From the NCBI GenBank assembly GCA_040081625.1, contig JBEBGD010000022.1:1-61959 (forward strand): a stretch of 61,959 nucleotides of DNA, written 5' to 3'. The position numbers and the translations under genes are program-made. The DNA comes from Chthoniobacteraceae bacterium. GTDB taxonomy: Bacteria > Verrucomicrobiota > Verrucomicrobiia > Chthoniobacterales > Chthoniobacteraceae. Below are positions 35,203 to 45,484 of this stretch, one piece after another (positions within the stretch are counted from its first letter, which is position 1; each line of letters begins with the position of its first letter). The notes under the pieces are model-generated. The model saw nothing but the letters and a program-made list of their open reading frames with translations, did not search any database and was not told where the DNA came from.

Positions 35203-36954
35203 TCAGAAAGTCACAGCGCCAGTCAGCGAAACATCGTGCGCAACGGCGTCGTCCTGCAGCAGCCGCGCGCCGTAATCGATGACGATCGTCACGCGATCGC
35301 CGATGGCGATGCCCAGCGCGAAGCCGACCTCGAAGGCGTCTTCGCCGGGCGGCTGCGTGGTGGCGGAAGTCCCGAATCGGCCAAGGCGGATGATCCGGTC
35401 CCCGCTGCGCCTGCCGAACGGACTGGTGGCGAGCTGGACATCGACGGCCTCGGAGTTGTTGCGATACTCGTGCGCCCAACCGACGCGGGCTTGCGGCGTG
35501 ATCTTCAGCGAATCGAGCCCGTAGGTGCGCGAGATCTGCCAGCCGATGCGAGAGATCAGCGAGTCGAAGTTTTGCCCCGGCACGCGCAGCGCCGCGCTGC
35601 CGAGCGTGGTGGCGCCGTGGCTCTCGGTGTAGTCCTCGAGCTGGCCGATCATCCAGTCGATGCTCGCATACGGGCCGGTGACGAAGCCCGCGACGGGCAC
35701 GTTGTAGCCGAGGTTGAGCTGGAGCGTGTGCGTGCGGCTGTTCGGCTCGGCGCTCGCGGTTTTGCCGAAGAGCGTGTCACGCTGGATGTCGTGCTCGAAG
35801 CTGCCGAAGCTATACATCGCGTCGGCGTAGAAACCGCCGGTGTGATAGGACACGTAGGCCGCGAGCGCCTCGCCTTCGATATCGACATCGCCGGCGCTCA
35901 GCGCGAGCGAGTTGTTGCTCTCCACGTAGGTGAAAGCGGCGCCGATCGTGAAGTGCTCGCTGGCGTGGAACTCCGCGCCGATCGTCTCCGCGAACGTGTC
36001 GGTCTGGAATCCCGCCGCGGGCAGCACCGTCTCGTTGTCGGCGGAGCCGTAGCCGGCGGTGACGAAGACTTCCCAGCGCGGCTCGCGTCCGGTGGGCTCG
36101 GCCAGCGGACCGCCGCCGCGGGCTTCGACTCCCGAGTCGCTGCGCAGCCGGAAGAGCCGCTCATTCACGTCGCGCGTGACTTTGCGAACCATCGCGAAGA
36201 CGGCCTCGCGCTGCGCCATCACCATCGGCAGGCCGCTGAATATGGCGGACGCGATCGCTTCCTGGTCGGTGACGAGCAGGTCGGCCGGGTTCGCGAGCAA
36301 CTCGAGGAAAAGCGGCGAGCGGCTCTCAGCCGTCCAGGTCGCGCCGGAATTTTCACTGTGCGCCCACGTCGGCGAGTAGCCGACGCCTTCGCCGGTCTCC
36401 TGGTCGGTGTAGCCGGAGGCAAACTGCCCGCTCAGCGCACGCGTGACGATCCAGTAAGTGCTGTCCGCCTCGAGCCCGAGCCCCGAGGGCTGCTCGCCAC
36501 TCACGCTGATCCGTGTCTGCGCGCCAAAGAGCCGCGCCGTATTGACTCCGCTCAATCCAAACGCACGCCCGATGTCGCGGGAGTTGTAGCTTCGGCTGAA
36601 CGACCTCGTGCCGCCGCCCCCGCGAAAAGTGATCAGCGACGGATTGCCGCCGATCGCGGCGTTCTGCGAGAGTGACATGAGCATTTCGCCGGGCCGTCCT
36701 CCCGCGTCCGAGTAGAGCGAGACTTCGATGAGTCCTCTCACGTTCTGCTGAAGCTTGAGGGTGATCGAATCGATCAGATACGAATTGCCATCGGTCATGA
36801 ACTCCGAGGCGAGCCAGCGCGTCGGGCTGACGAACTCGATGCCGTCGGTCGGCAACGCGATGTTGCTCGAGATCACGACGGCGCGCGCTTGTGCGGTGAA
36901 GAGCAGGCAGCTCGCTACGGAAAGAAAGGCGGCGCGGAGTATCGCGGGATTCAT
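35203..36954 (-). CDS. Autotransporter beta-domain protein with a small N-terminal passenger
   Basis: Signal peptide (AQARA). Linker helix, then barrel strands (WEVFVTAGYG, GFYADAMYSFG, GPYASIDW, PQARVGWAHEY). Terminal Phe (LTGAVTF). Confidence 0.85.
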   Translation of the reverse strand: MNPAILRAAFLSVASCLLFTAQARAVVISSNIALPTDGIEFVSPTRWLASEFMTDGNSYLIDSITLKLQQNVRGLIEVSLYSDAGGRPGEMLMSLSQNAAIGGNPSLITFRGGGGTRSFSRSYNSRDIGRAFGLSGVNTARLFGAQTRISVSGEQPSGLGLEADSTYWIVTRALSGQFASGYTDQETGEGVGYSPTWAHSENSGATWTAESRSPLFLELLANPADLLVTDQEAIASAIFSGLPMVMAQREAVFAMVRKVTRDVNERLFRLRSDSGVEARGGGPLAEPTGREPRWEVFVTAGYGSADNETVLPAAGFQTDTFAETIGAEFHASEHFTIGAAFTYVESNNSLALSAGDVDIEGEALAAYVSYHTGGFYADAMYSFGSFEHDIQRDTLFGKTASAEPNSRTHTLQLNLGYNVPVAGFVTGPYASIDWMIGQLEDYTESHGATTLGSAALRVPGQNFDSLISRIGWQISRTYGLDSLKITPQARVGWAHEYRNNSEAVDVQLATSPFGRRSGDRIIRLGRFGTSATTQPPGEDAFEVGFALGIAIGDRVTIVIDYGARLLQDDAVAHDVSLTGAVTF

Positions 36955-36999
36955 GGGCGCGGCGTTGTGGAGGGCGCAACGCGAAATGTCGAGGGAAAT

Positions 37000-38316
37000 T
37001 CAGCGCCCGAGCAGCTCGAGCACAGCCGCGCTCATCGCGGTGACTCCCGACTTCACGGTCGGCTCGAAGACCGGGGCGTAATACGGCGAGTGCAGCGACG
37101 GCAGCGGCTCCCCGCGCTCCTTCGCCTCGGCGATTTTCCTCGGATCGATCGAGCCGACCGCGAACATGAAGATCGGCACCTTGTCTTCGGTGCGACCGTA
37201 GCGGCTGAAGTCCTCGCCTCCCATCGTCGGCGGACGCTCGCGCACATTGTCGGCGCCGAACCACTCGCGAAAGACACCGGTCACCCGACGCGTGAGCACG
37301 GGTTCGTTGGTCAGCACGGGCGTGAAAAGCTCGGCCTCCTTGATCGCCGGCATGAGCCCCTCGGGCAGCCCGGCGGCGATGCCGAGGCCGCGCGAGATCC
37401 GCTTGATCGCATCGAGCGTCCGCTGCCGCACCTCGTCGGAGAAGCTGCGGATCGTGAGCTGGAGCTTCACGCTTTCGGGGATGATGTTGTGCTTCGTGCC
37501 GCCGTGGATGGAGCCGACCGTCACCACGACCGGCTCGAGCGGATGAATCTCGCGGCTGTCGATGGTTTGCAGCGCGAGCACAAGCTGCGCGGCGAGCACG
37601 ATCGGATCCTTCGCCGTGTGCGGCTGCGCGCCATGCCCGCCCACGCCATGCACGGTGATGTCCACGCTATCGACGTTCGCGCTCTGCGGGCCTTCCCGGT
37701 AGCCGAGCACCCCCGCGGGCAACTCGGAGTTCACGTGCAGCGCGAGGCAGAAGTTTGGTTTCGGGAAGCGCGTGAAAAGCCCGCCGCGCAACATCGGCTC
37801 GGAGCCGCCGCCCTTTTCCTCCGCGGGCTGCGCGATGAAGACCAGCGTGCCCTTCCACCGGTCGCGCAGTTTCGTAAGCACGCGCGCGGTGCCGACCCAG
37901 CACGTCATGTGGACATCGTGTCCGCACGCGTGCATGACCGGCACCTCGACGCCGCTCTCATCCTTCACGCGCACCTTGCTCGCGAAAGGCAGCCCCGTGC
38001 GCTCGGGCACCGGCAGCGCATCCATGTCCGCGCGCACGAGGATCGTCGGGCCCGGGCCGTTCTTGAGCACCGCGACCACGCCGTGTCCGCCGATCTTCTC
38101 CGTCACCTCCCAACCGAGCGCGCGCACCTCCGCGGCCATGCGCGCCGCCGTCTTCACCTCGTGAAATGAAAGCTCCGGTGCCGCGTGCAACTCGCGGTAG
38201 AGCTTCTCGAGCGACGCCATCTCCGCATCGACACGCGTGGTGACTTCGGGCTGGAGCGGCGCCGCGGCGAACGCGGCAGTAGCGAAGGCGACGAGGGGAA
38301 GGACGGCGTGATTCAT
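37000..38316 (-). CDS. M20D amidohydrolase (hippurate hydrolase-like), exported
   Basis: LHAAPELS, RADMDALP, MHACGHD, QPAEE, GGHGAQPH, GGEDF, LHSP. Confidence 0.92.
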   Translation of the reverse strand: MNHAVLPLVAFATAAFAAAPLQPEVTTRVDAEMASLEKLYRELHAAPELSFHEVKTAARMAAEVRALGWEVTEKIGGHGVVAVLKNGPGPTILVRADMDALPVPERTGLPFASKVRVKDESGVEVPVMHACGHDVHMTCWVGTARVLTKLRDRWKGTLVFIAQPAEEKGGGSEPMLRGGLFTRFPKPNFCLALHVNSELPAGVLGYREGPQSANVDSVDITVHGVGGHGAQPHTAKDPIVLAAQLVLALQTIDSREIHPLEPVVVTVGSIHGGTKHNIIPESVKLQLTIRSFSDEVRQRTLDAIKRISRGLGIAAGLPEGLMPAIKEAELFTPVLTNEPVLTRRVTGVFREWFGADNVRERPPTMGGEDFSRYGRTEDKVPIFMFAVGSIDPRKIAEAKERGEPLPSLHSPYYAPVFEPTVKSGVTAMSAAVLELLGR

Positions 38317-38408
38317 AAAGTGCGCGCACCATCTAGCGAGACACCGCTCGCCGCGCAATGCCGCGCCTGCGCGCTTGCCGAGTTGCGCAACCTGCCCTTC
38401 GTTGCGAA

Positions 38409-38789
38409 ATGAAACGGATCATCCCTCTCACCCTCTCCATCGTGTCGCTCACGCTCGCCGGCTGCGAGACCACCGGCGAGACCACCCTGCTCGGCGCCGG
38501 CGTCGGCGCGGGCATCGCCGCGCTGACCGGACACAGCCCGCTCAGGGGCGCCGCGATCGGCGCCGGCAGCGGCTTCCTCGTCGGGAAGGTCGTCAAGCAC
38601 GAGCGCCAGCGCTCCTACGAGCAGGGCTACGACGACGGGCGCAGCGGCTATCCGCACGGTCGCTACTCGAATCAACGCGGCTTCGTCGTGAGCCCGTATT
38701 CGCCGAACCACGTCATCGATGTGCGCGGCATCCCGCGCGGCGCGCGCGTGCTCGATCCGTCGTGCGACCGCGTGTTCATCAATCCGTAA
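38409..38789 (+). CDS. Glycine-zipper lipoprotein
   Basis: Lipobox LAGC. GAGVGAGIAAL..GAAIGAGSG. C-terminal GFVVSPYSP..DVRG. Confidence 0.8.
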   Translation: MKRIIPLTLSIVSLTLAGCETTGETTLLGAGVGAGIAALTGHSPLRGAAIGAGSGFLVGKVVKHERQRSYEQGYDDGRSGYPHGRYSNQRGFVVSPYSPNHVIDVRGIPRGARVLDPSCDRVFINP

Positions 38790-38793
38790 GGCG

Positions 38794-39528
38794 TCACGCC
38801 AGCCCCGGCGCCTCCACCAGCGGGATCCCCGCGAGGTCGCGGTTTTCCAGCCACACGGCCTGCCGGCACCACAGGCAGCGCGCGTGGCCGAAGTTCTGCC
38901 AGCCCGCCGCGACCGCCAGTTCGCGCATCTCAGCATAGGAAAACGCATGTCGCGCCGAGATGCGGCCGTCGTGCGCGGCGACGGCGCTGCGCATGAAAGC
39001 CGTCAGCGCCCAGACCGCGGCAGTCGTGATCGGATGGCGCTCGAGATCACTCGCCAGCGTCCATCGGCTCGACATCTCGCGGCAGCGCACCAGCACCCGC
39101 GCCGCGTCGGTGTCGGAGAAATGGTGAAGCGCCAGCGAACAGTGGACAAGGTCGTAGCCTTCGCCCGGCACCTCGCGCAGCACATCGGCGCACTCATAGT
39201 GGATCTCGGGGAAGTCGCCGCTGCGCGTGCGCGCCAGCGCGATCACGTTCGGGTTCGCATCGATCGCGTCGATGCGCAGCGTGATGTCCCGTGCGCGCGC
39301 CCAGTTCACCATCGCGCGCGGCAAATCCCCCGCGCCGGTGCACAGATCGAGCACGCGGTAGCAGCGCCCCGGATTCATCCACCGCGCGAGAAAACGCCGC
39401 ACGAGCCGATGCGAGCCAAAGCGCCGATTCGCAGCGGTAAGGGCGTCGATCGCGCGCTCCAGCTCCGCGACTGGCGTGGACGGGTCGTCCATGATCTCGC
39501 GGTCCTTGGAATCGAAATGCCGGCTCAC
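38794..39528 (-). CDS. SAM-dependent methyltransferase
   Basis: GTG at 39528 overlaps the argH stop. EIMDDP, VLDLCTGAGD, SLALHHF, DLERH, HDGRIS. Confidence 0.85.
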   Translation of the reverse strand: MSRHFDSKDREIMDDPSTPVAELERAIDALTAANRRFGSHRLVRRFLARWMNPGRCYRVLDLCTGAGDLPRAMVNWARARDITLRIDAIDANPNVIALARTRSGDFPEIHYECADVLREVPGEGYDLVHCSLALHHFSDTDAARVLVRCREMSSRWTLASDLERHPITTAAVWALTAFMRSAVAAHDGRISARHAFSYAEMRELAVAAGWQNFGHARCLWCRQAVWLENRDLAGIPLVEAPGLA

Positions 39529-40889
39529 GCGTCGCCGAGCTGCTTCTTCCAGCGGGCGAGTTGCGTGGCCACATTCTGCGGCGACGGCGCGCCGACCGCG
39601 ACCCGCGCCGCCATCGCACGCGAGAGGTCGAAGACATTGTAGAGATCCTCCGCAAACACCGGCGAGATCGCCTGGTAATCCGCGAGGGTCAGCTCTGGAA
39701 GCGAGCGCCCCACGCACAGCGCCACTGCGCGCCCGACGTGCTCGTGCGCCTGGCGGAAGGGCACGCCCTTTCGCACGAGGTAGTCGGCGAGGTCGGTCGC
39801 GAGCAGCATCGGATCGCGCACCGCAGCGGCGCACGCGGCGGCATTCACGCGCGCCTCGCGCAGCATCCCGGCGAAGACTTCCAGCGCCGCCTTCACCGTG
39901 TCGATCGCGTCGAAGACCGGCTCCTTGTCCTCCTGCATGTCGCGATTGTAGGTCAGCGGCAGGCCTTTGATCGTCGTGAGCAGCGACATCAGCGCGCCGA
40001 TCACGCGGCCCGCTTTTCCGCGCGTCAGCTCGGCGGCGTCGGGATTCTTCTTCTGCGGCATCAAGGACGAGCCGGTCGTGTAGGCATCGCTCAACGAGAG
40101 GAAGCCAAACTCGCTCGAACACCACAGGATCACGTCCTCGCTCAGCCGCGAGAAATGCACCGCGACGAGCGCGAGCGTGGCGAGCAACTCAACGGCAAAG
40201 TCACGGTCGCTGACGGCATCCATCGAGTTCTGAGTGATGGCGGGAAAATCGAGCAGCCGCGCCACCAACTCGCGATCGAGCGGGATCGTCGAACCCGCGA
40301 TCGCGCCGGAGCCGAGCGGCATCACATTGCCCCGCGCCCGCGCATCGGCGATGCGCGCCGCATCGCGATCGAGCATCTCCACGTAGGCGAGAAGATGGTG
40401 CGCGAAGAAGACCGGCTGTGCGCGCTGGAGGTGCGTGTAGCCGGGGATGATGATGTCGCTGTTCGCCTCGCCGAGCGCGACGAGCGCGCGCTGGAGATCG
40501 CGCACGAGCGCGGCGAGCGCGTCGCATTCCGCCCGCAGATAGAGCCGCAGATCGAGCGCCACCTGATCATTGCGCGAACGCGCCGTGTGCAGCTTCGCGC
40601 CCGCGTCGCCGATGCGCCGCGTCAGCTCGCGCTCGATGTTCATGTGGATGTCCTCGAGCTCGGTCTTGAACTCGAACTTCCCCGCCTCGATCTCCGCGCC
40701 GATCTCGCGCAGCCCCGCCACGATCGCCTCCCGCTCGACAGGCGTGAGCAGCCCCGCCGCCGCGAGCGCGGCAGAGTGGGCGATCGAGCCCTCGATGTCG
40801 TGACGCCACAGCCGCCAGTCGAAGGAGATCGACTCGCTGTAGCGAAGCAGAAGGTCGGCGGTAGGTGTGGTGAAGCGTCCGTGCCACAT
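39525..40889 (-). CDS. argH: Argininosuccinate lyase
   Basis: MWHGRF, EDIHMNIE, LHTARSRNDQV, PGYTHLQRAQP, TGSSLMPQKKNPD, YNRDMQEDK. Confidence 0.98.
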   Translation of the reverse strand: MWHGRFTTPTADLLLRYSESISFDWRLWRHDIEGSIAHSAALAAAGLLTPVEREAIVAGLREIGAEIEAGKFEFKTELEDIHMNIERELTRRIGDAGAKLHTARSRNDQVALDLRLYLRAECDALAALVRDLQRALVALGEANSDIIIPGYTHLQRAQPVFFAHHLLAYVEMLDRDAARIADARARGNVMPLGSGAIAGSTIPLDRELVARLLDFPAITQNSMDAVSDRDFAVELLATLALVAVHFSRLSEDVILWCSSEFGFLSLSDAYTTGSSLMPQKKNPDAAELTRGKAGRVIGALMSLLTTIKGLPLTYNRDMQEDKEPVFDAIDTVKAALEVFAGMLREARVNAAACAAAVRDPMLLATDLADYLVRKGVPFRQAHEHVGRAVALCVGRSLPELTLADYQAISPVFAEDLYNVFDLSRAMAARVAVGAPSPQNVATQLARWKKQLGDA

Positions 40890-40971
40890 GGCAGCGCTCA
40901 GTTCTCAGTTCCCGGCGCAGAGCGCAAGCCCGCGCACGCCGTGGCACGAGGGATGTTGTATCACGCGCGCG

Positions 40972-41619
40972 ATGCACCTGCCCCATGCCCTTGCCTCACT
41001 CATCGCCTTGGCGTCCCTCTCCGGCGCCGTGGCTCGGGGACAGGCTGTCATCGAGGGTCGCGTCGCGCTGCCCAAGTCGAAGTCCGCGCCGGTGATGAAT
41101 AAGCGCTACCAGGTCGTCACGAAGGCGGGGATCATCGCGACCGATCCGCCGGTCGCAGTCGTGTATCTCGAAGCCAGCTTTGCGCGGCCCGCGTCGCCGC
41201 CGAAAGCGCAAATGGCGCAGAAGGATCTCATGTTCGTGACCCCGCTGCTCCCGGTGCAGGTGGGCACGGCGGTCGAGTTCCCAAATCTCGACGACACCTA
41301 CCACAACATTTTCTCCTACTCGAAACCGAAACGCTTCGACCTCGGCCGGTATCTCCCGACTGAACGCCCGATTCCCTCGCAGCTCTTCGATCAACCCGGC
41401 CTCGTGACGCTGCACTGCGACATCCACGAGCACATGCGCGGCATCATCCTCGTGCTCGAGACGCCGCACTTCACGCGCAGCGACACGGACGGACGCTTCC
41501 GCCTCACGGGCCTGCCGGCGGGGCGTTACACGCTCAAGGCGTGGATCAGCAGCAAGACGACGATCGAGAGGGCTGTCGAACTGCAGAAGGGCTCGACGCT
41601 CCACGTCGATCTGCCGTGA
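40972..41619 (+). CDS. Exported cupredoxin-like protein with a carboxypeptidase-regulatory-like domain
   Basis: Signal peptide. VEFPNLDDTYHNIFS and CDIHEHM (His..Cys-x2-His-x2-Met). FRLTGLPAGRYTLKAW. Confidence 0.8.
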   Translation: MHLPHALASLIALASLSGAVARGQAVIEGRVALPKSKSAPVMNKRYQVVTKAGIIATDPPVAVVYLEASFARPASPPKAQMAQKDLMFVTPLLPVQVGTAVEFPNLDDTYHNIFSYSKPKRFDLGRYLPTERPIPSQLFDQPGLVTLHCDIHEHMRGIILVLETPHFTRSDTDGRFRLTGLPAGRYTLKAWISSKTTIERAVELQKGSTLHVDLP

Positions 41620-44237
41620 GCCGTCGAACCGGGTCCAAGCGAGGAGCCGCGTCCGGCTTCCGCGTGAAGCTGCTCATGGCGATGATGCTCGTGGTGATGG
41701 GCATCACCGCGGTCGCGCTCTATTTCGCGGAGCGGAGCGTCGCCTCGGATGTGCAGCGCAGTCTGCGCGACGAGTTCCAGAGCGAGATCAGCTACCTGCT
41801 CGGCGTCCACGAGGCGCTGCGGGCCGCGCTCACCGAACGCTGCCGCGTGCTCGCGAAGTCGGTGCGGATCCGCGCAGCGCTCGAGGAGAGCGACGTCGAG
41901 GATCTGTATGCAGTCGCGACGGTCGAGCTGCGCGATGTCCTCCACACGAAGGACGAACCCGATGACGAGACCGGTATTCACACTCTGCGTGCGCGGTTCT
42001 TCCGTTTTGTCGATGCGCACGGCGCGGTGATCCCACCGCCTCGCGAACCGGGCGCAGCTGCGGGCGAGGAATGGGAGACACGGCTCGCGCCAACCGGCGG
42101 CGCGCGGGCGGAACAGCAAATCGGCTACGTGAGGGCGACGGATGCGGAGGGGCGCGAGGTGATCCACGAAGTGATCGCCACGCCCATCGTGAAGACCGAC
42201 ACCGGCGAAATCATCGGAGCCATCGTGCTCGGATTCAAGCCGGTCGCGCTCGACGGGAAACATGCCAGCAGCGAACTCAAGAGCGGCCTGTGGCTCGAAG
42301 GCCTCCTCCATTTGCCCACACTCGCCGACGCCACGCGCACTGCCATCGGCAGCGAAGTCGCCAGGGCGATCAGCAACGTGAGCCGGCGGACGCGCAGGAA
42401 CGTCACCGTGCCGCTGGACGGCATGCCACACTTGATCTTCGCGCAACCGCTCAACCCGGACTCGCAGTTCCCGCGCGCTTATCACGTCTGCTTCTACTCG
42501 CTGGCCGATGCGCTCGCGCGGCAGCGCAAGGTGCAGTGGCAGATCCTCGGTTCCGCCGCGCTGCTGCTGCTCGGAGGATTGATCGCAAGCCACTTCGTCT
42601 CCGTGGGCTTTTCAGCGCCGGTCGAAAGGCTGGCTGTGGATTCCGCGAAGAATCTCGCCCAGCGCGAACGCGCCGAGGCGGCGCTCGTGCTGACCGAGAA
42701 GCGCTACCGCAGCATCTTCGAGAACGCAGTCGAGGGGATTTTCCTGCTCACGCCCGAGGGGCGATTCCTCAGCGCGAACCCTGCGCTCGCGCGGATCTGC
42801 GGTTACGATTCGCCGGCGCAATTGATCGCCGAAGTCAGCGACCCCGCGCACCAGCTCTACGTGAAGCCGGAACGATTCGAGGAGTTCATCCGGTGCCTCG
42901 CGACCGAAGGCACGGTCTCGGGCTTTGAAGCCGAGGCCATGCGCAAGGACGGGCGCCGCATCTGGCTTTCGCAGAATGGCCGCGCCGTGCGCGATACCGG
43001 CGAGGGCACTCTGACTCTGGAATGCACGATCGACGACATCAGCGAGCGCAAGCAGGCGGGCGACGCGCTGCTCGTGGTCAACGCGGAGCTGGAGAAGGCG
43101 CTCGACGACCTCAAGCAGACGCAACAGCAGATTATCCAGCAGGAGCGCCTCCGCGCGCTCGGGCAGATGGCCAGCGGCATCGCGCACGATTTCAACAACG
43201 CGCTCGTGCCCATCCTCGGGTTCGCCGAGTTGCTCCAGCTCAATTCCGCCATCCTCGACGACCGCCCGACGGCGCTGAAATATCTCGAGATCATCCAGAC
43301 TGCCGCGCAGGACGCCTCGAGCGTGGTGGCGCGGCTGCGCGAATTCTACCGCTCGCGGGATCATCACGAAAAGTTCAGCGCCATCGACCTCACCAGGCTC
43401 ATCGAGCAGGCCGTCTCGCTCACCAGGCCGCGCTGGAAAGACCAGGCGCAGGCCGGCGGCGCGACCATCGAGGTCCGCACGGAGCTGGCGCCCATCCCGG
43501 CGATCGCCGGCGACGAATCCGCGCTGCGCGAAGTGCTCACCAACCTCGTCTTCAACGCCGTGGATGCGATGCCGGGCGGAGGCACGATCACGCTGCGCAC
43601 GCACCAGCTCGGCGGGTCAGCCGTGATCGAAGTCGCCGACACCGGCACCGGCATGAGCGACGAAGTGCGCCAACGCTGCCTCGAGCCGTTCTTCTCGACC
43701 AAGGGCGACCGAGGCACCGGCCTCGGCCTCTCGATGGTCTTCGGCATCATCCAACGCCACAGCGGCATGATCGATATCCGCAGCGAGCCCGGCCGCGGCA
43801 CCACGTTCGTCATCACGCTGCCATTTGCGCAGAGCAGCGTCACGACTCACGCCGGGCCGGAGCCCGCGGAAGCGATGCGTTCGCTGCGCGTGCTCGTGGT
43901 CGAAGACGAGCCGCAAGTGCGCGAGTTGCTCGCCGCGTCGCTCGGCGCAGACGGCCATCGCGTCGAACTCGCCGCGCACGGCATCGATGGCCTCAAGCGT
44001 TTCCTCGACGGCACTTTCGACCTGGTCTTGACGGACAAGGCGATGCCCGGCATGAGCGGCGATCAACTCGCCAGCGCGATCAAGCAGATCGCCCCGAAGA
44101 TGCCGATCATCCTGCTCACGGGTTTCGGCCAGTTCCTCAACCCCGAGGACTATCCCGACGTGAACGTCGTCGCGCCCAAACCCATCAGCATCCCCGCCCT
44201 GCGCGAAGCCATCGCCACCGCACTCCGCGCTGCATGA
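41616..44237 (+). CDS. Hybrid sensor histidine kinase (2 TM, PAS, HisKA, HATPase, receiver)
   Basis: GTG overlaps the upstream stop. PAS YRSIFENAVEGI. H-box IAHDFNN. NAVDA, DTGTG, FFSTK, GTGLGL. Receiver VVEDE..TDKAMPG..KP. Confidence 0.93.
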   Translation: MSRRTGSKRGAASGFRVKLLMAMMLVVMGITAVALYFAERSVASDVQRSLRDEFQSEISYLLGVHEALRAALTERCRVLAKSVRIRAALEESDVEDLYAVATVELRDVLHTKDEPDDETGIHTLRARFFRFVDAHGAVIPPPREPGAAAGEEWETRLAPTGGARAEQQIGYVRATDAEGREVIHEVIATPIVKTDTGEIIGAIVLGFKPVALDGKHASSELKSGLWLEGLLHLPTLADATRTAIGSEVARAISNVSRRTRRNVTVPLDGMPHLIFAQPLNPDSQFPRAYHVCFYSLADALARQRKVQWQILGSAALLLLGGLIASHFVSVGFSAPVERLAVDSAKNLAQRERAEAALVLTEKRYRSIFENAVEGIFLLTPEGRFLSANPALARICGYDSPAQLIAEVSDPAHQLYVKPERFEEFIRCLATEGTVSGFEAEAMRKDGRRIWLSQNGRAVRDTGEGTLTLECTIDDISERKQAGDALLVVNAELEKALDDLKQTQQQIIQQERLRALGQMASGIAHDFNNALVPILGFAELLQLNSAILDDRPTALKYLEIIQTAAQDASSVVARLREFYRSRDHHEKFSAIDLTRLIEQAVSLTRPRWKDQAQAGGATIEVRTELAPIPAIAGDESALREVLTNLVFNAVDAMPGGGTITLRTHQLGGSAVIEVADTGTGMSDEVRQRCLEPFFSTKGDRGTGLGLSMVFGIIQRHSGMIDIRSEPGRGTTFVITLPFAQSSVTTHAGPEPAEAMRSLRVLVVEDEPQVRELLAASLGADGHRVELAAHGIDGLKRFLDGTFDLVLTDKAMPGMSGDQLASAIKQIAPKMPIILLTGFGQFLNPEDYPDVNVVAPKPISIPALREAIATALRAA

Positions 44238-45484
44238 ACCCGCTGCGTTCCCTCGCCCTCATCGCCACCCTGCTCACCACCGCGCACGCGGAGGACTACA
44301 TCGAGCGCCTGCGGGAAAATCTCGCTTTCAGCGCCTTCGACGGGAACCTGCGCGTGCGGCTGAGCGGAGTCGCCGACCTGGAGGCCTACTCGACTCCGCA
44401 GCCGCCGCCGGGCCTCCTTTTCACCGACCGCCACACACTGCTGAGCCCGCGCCTCTCGCTCTTCCTCGACGCGCAACTCTGCTCGCACGTCTACGCCTTC
44501 GCGCAGATGCGCGTCGATCGCGGCTTCGACCCCGCCGACGAAAAAGCCGACGTGCGGCTCGACGAATACGCGCTGCGCATCTCGCCGTGGGAAGACGGCC
44601 GGTTCACCGTGCAGATCGGCCGATTTGCCACCGTCGTCGGAAACTGGGTCGAGCGGCACCTCTCGTGGGACAACCCATTCATCACCGCGCCCCTGCCCTA
44701 CGAAAACCTGACCGGCATCTGGGATTCATCGGCGCCCGATTCGCCGGAAACGTTGCTCTATTGGGCTCATGTCGAGCCGTCCCAACTCAACGGCGGCTAC
44801 GACGACTACTCCGACAAATACCTGCGCAACCCAATCATCTGGGGCCCGAGCTACGCGAGCGGCGTGTCCGTTTCCGGTCGCGTCGGGAAATTCGACTACG
44901 CGCTCGAGATGAAAAACAGCCCGCTCTCGTCACGCCCCGAGGCGTGGGATGCGACTGCGGTCGATTTCGATCATCCCGCCTTCAATGGGCGGCTCGGCTT
45001 CCGCCCAAACCAAATGTGGAACGTTGGCTTCTCATTCGGCTACGGTCCATACATGCTGCCCGAGGCTGCGCCGTCGTTGCCGCCGGGGCGCGGCATCGGC
45101 GACTATCACCAGACGGTTTTCGCACAGGATATCCGTTTCGAGTGGCATCGCTTCCAGCTCTGGGCCGAGGTGTATGAGGCGCGATTCGAGGTCCCGAACG
45201 TCGGCCACGCCGACACGCTCGCCTACTACGTCGAGGCGAAATACAAGTTCACCCCGCAGTCCTACGGCGCGCTGCGCTGGAACCAGCAATTCTACAATGA
45301 GATTCACGAGCCCGGGCACGGCGCCGCGCCGTGGGGCGACGACGTGTGGCGCATCGATGCCGCGCTCGGCTACCGCTTCAGCGCGCACACCCAGCTCAAG
45401 CTCCAATTCAGCCTGCAGAACCCCCGCTCCGCGACAGAGCACATCGCCAACCTCTTCGCCGCGCAGTTCACCGTGAAGTTCTAG
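44234..45484 (+). CDS. Putative outer-membrane beta-barrel protein
   Basis: ATG at 44234 overlaps the kinase stop. Signal peptide (LTTAHA). Aromatic strands, ending AAQFTVKF. Confidence 0.8.
   Translation: MNPLRSLALIATLLTTAHAEDYIERLRENLAFSAFDGNLRVRLSGVADLEAYSTPQPPPGLLFTDRHTLLSPRLSLFLDAQLCSHVYAFAQMRVDRGFDPADEKADVRLDEYALRISPWEDGRFTVQIGRFATVVGNWVERHLSWDNPFITAPLPYENLTGIWDSSAPDSPETLLYWAHVEPSQLNGGYDDYSDKYLRNPIIWGPSYASGVSVSGRVGKFDYALEMKNSPLSSRPEAWDATAVDFDHPAFNGRLGFRPNQMWNVGFSFGYGPYMLPEAAPSLPPGRGIGDYHQTVFAQDIRFEWHRFQLWAEVYEARFEVPNVGHADTLAYYVEAKYKFTPQSYGALRWNQQFYNEIHEPGHGAAPWGDDVWRIDAALGYRFSAHTQLKLQFSLQNPRSATEHIANLFAAQFTVKF

Noticed and set aside
19838..36954. tRNA-anchored genomic island downstream of tRNA-Leu
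   Set aside because: No integrase, no duplicated tRNA 3' end noticed, and composition matches the host.
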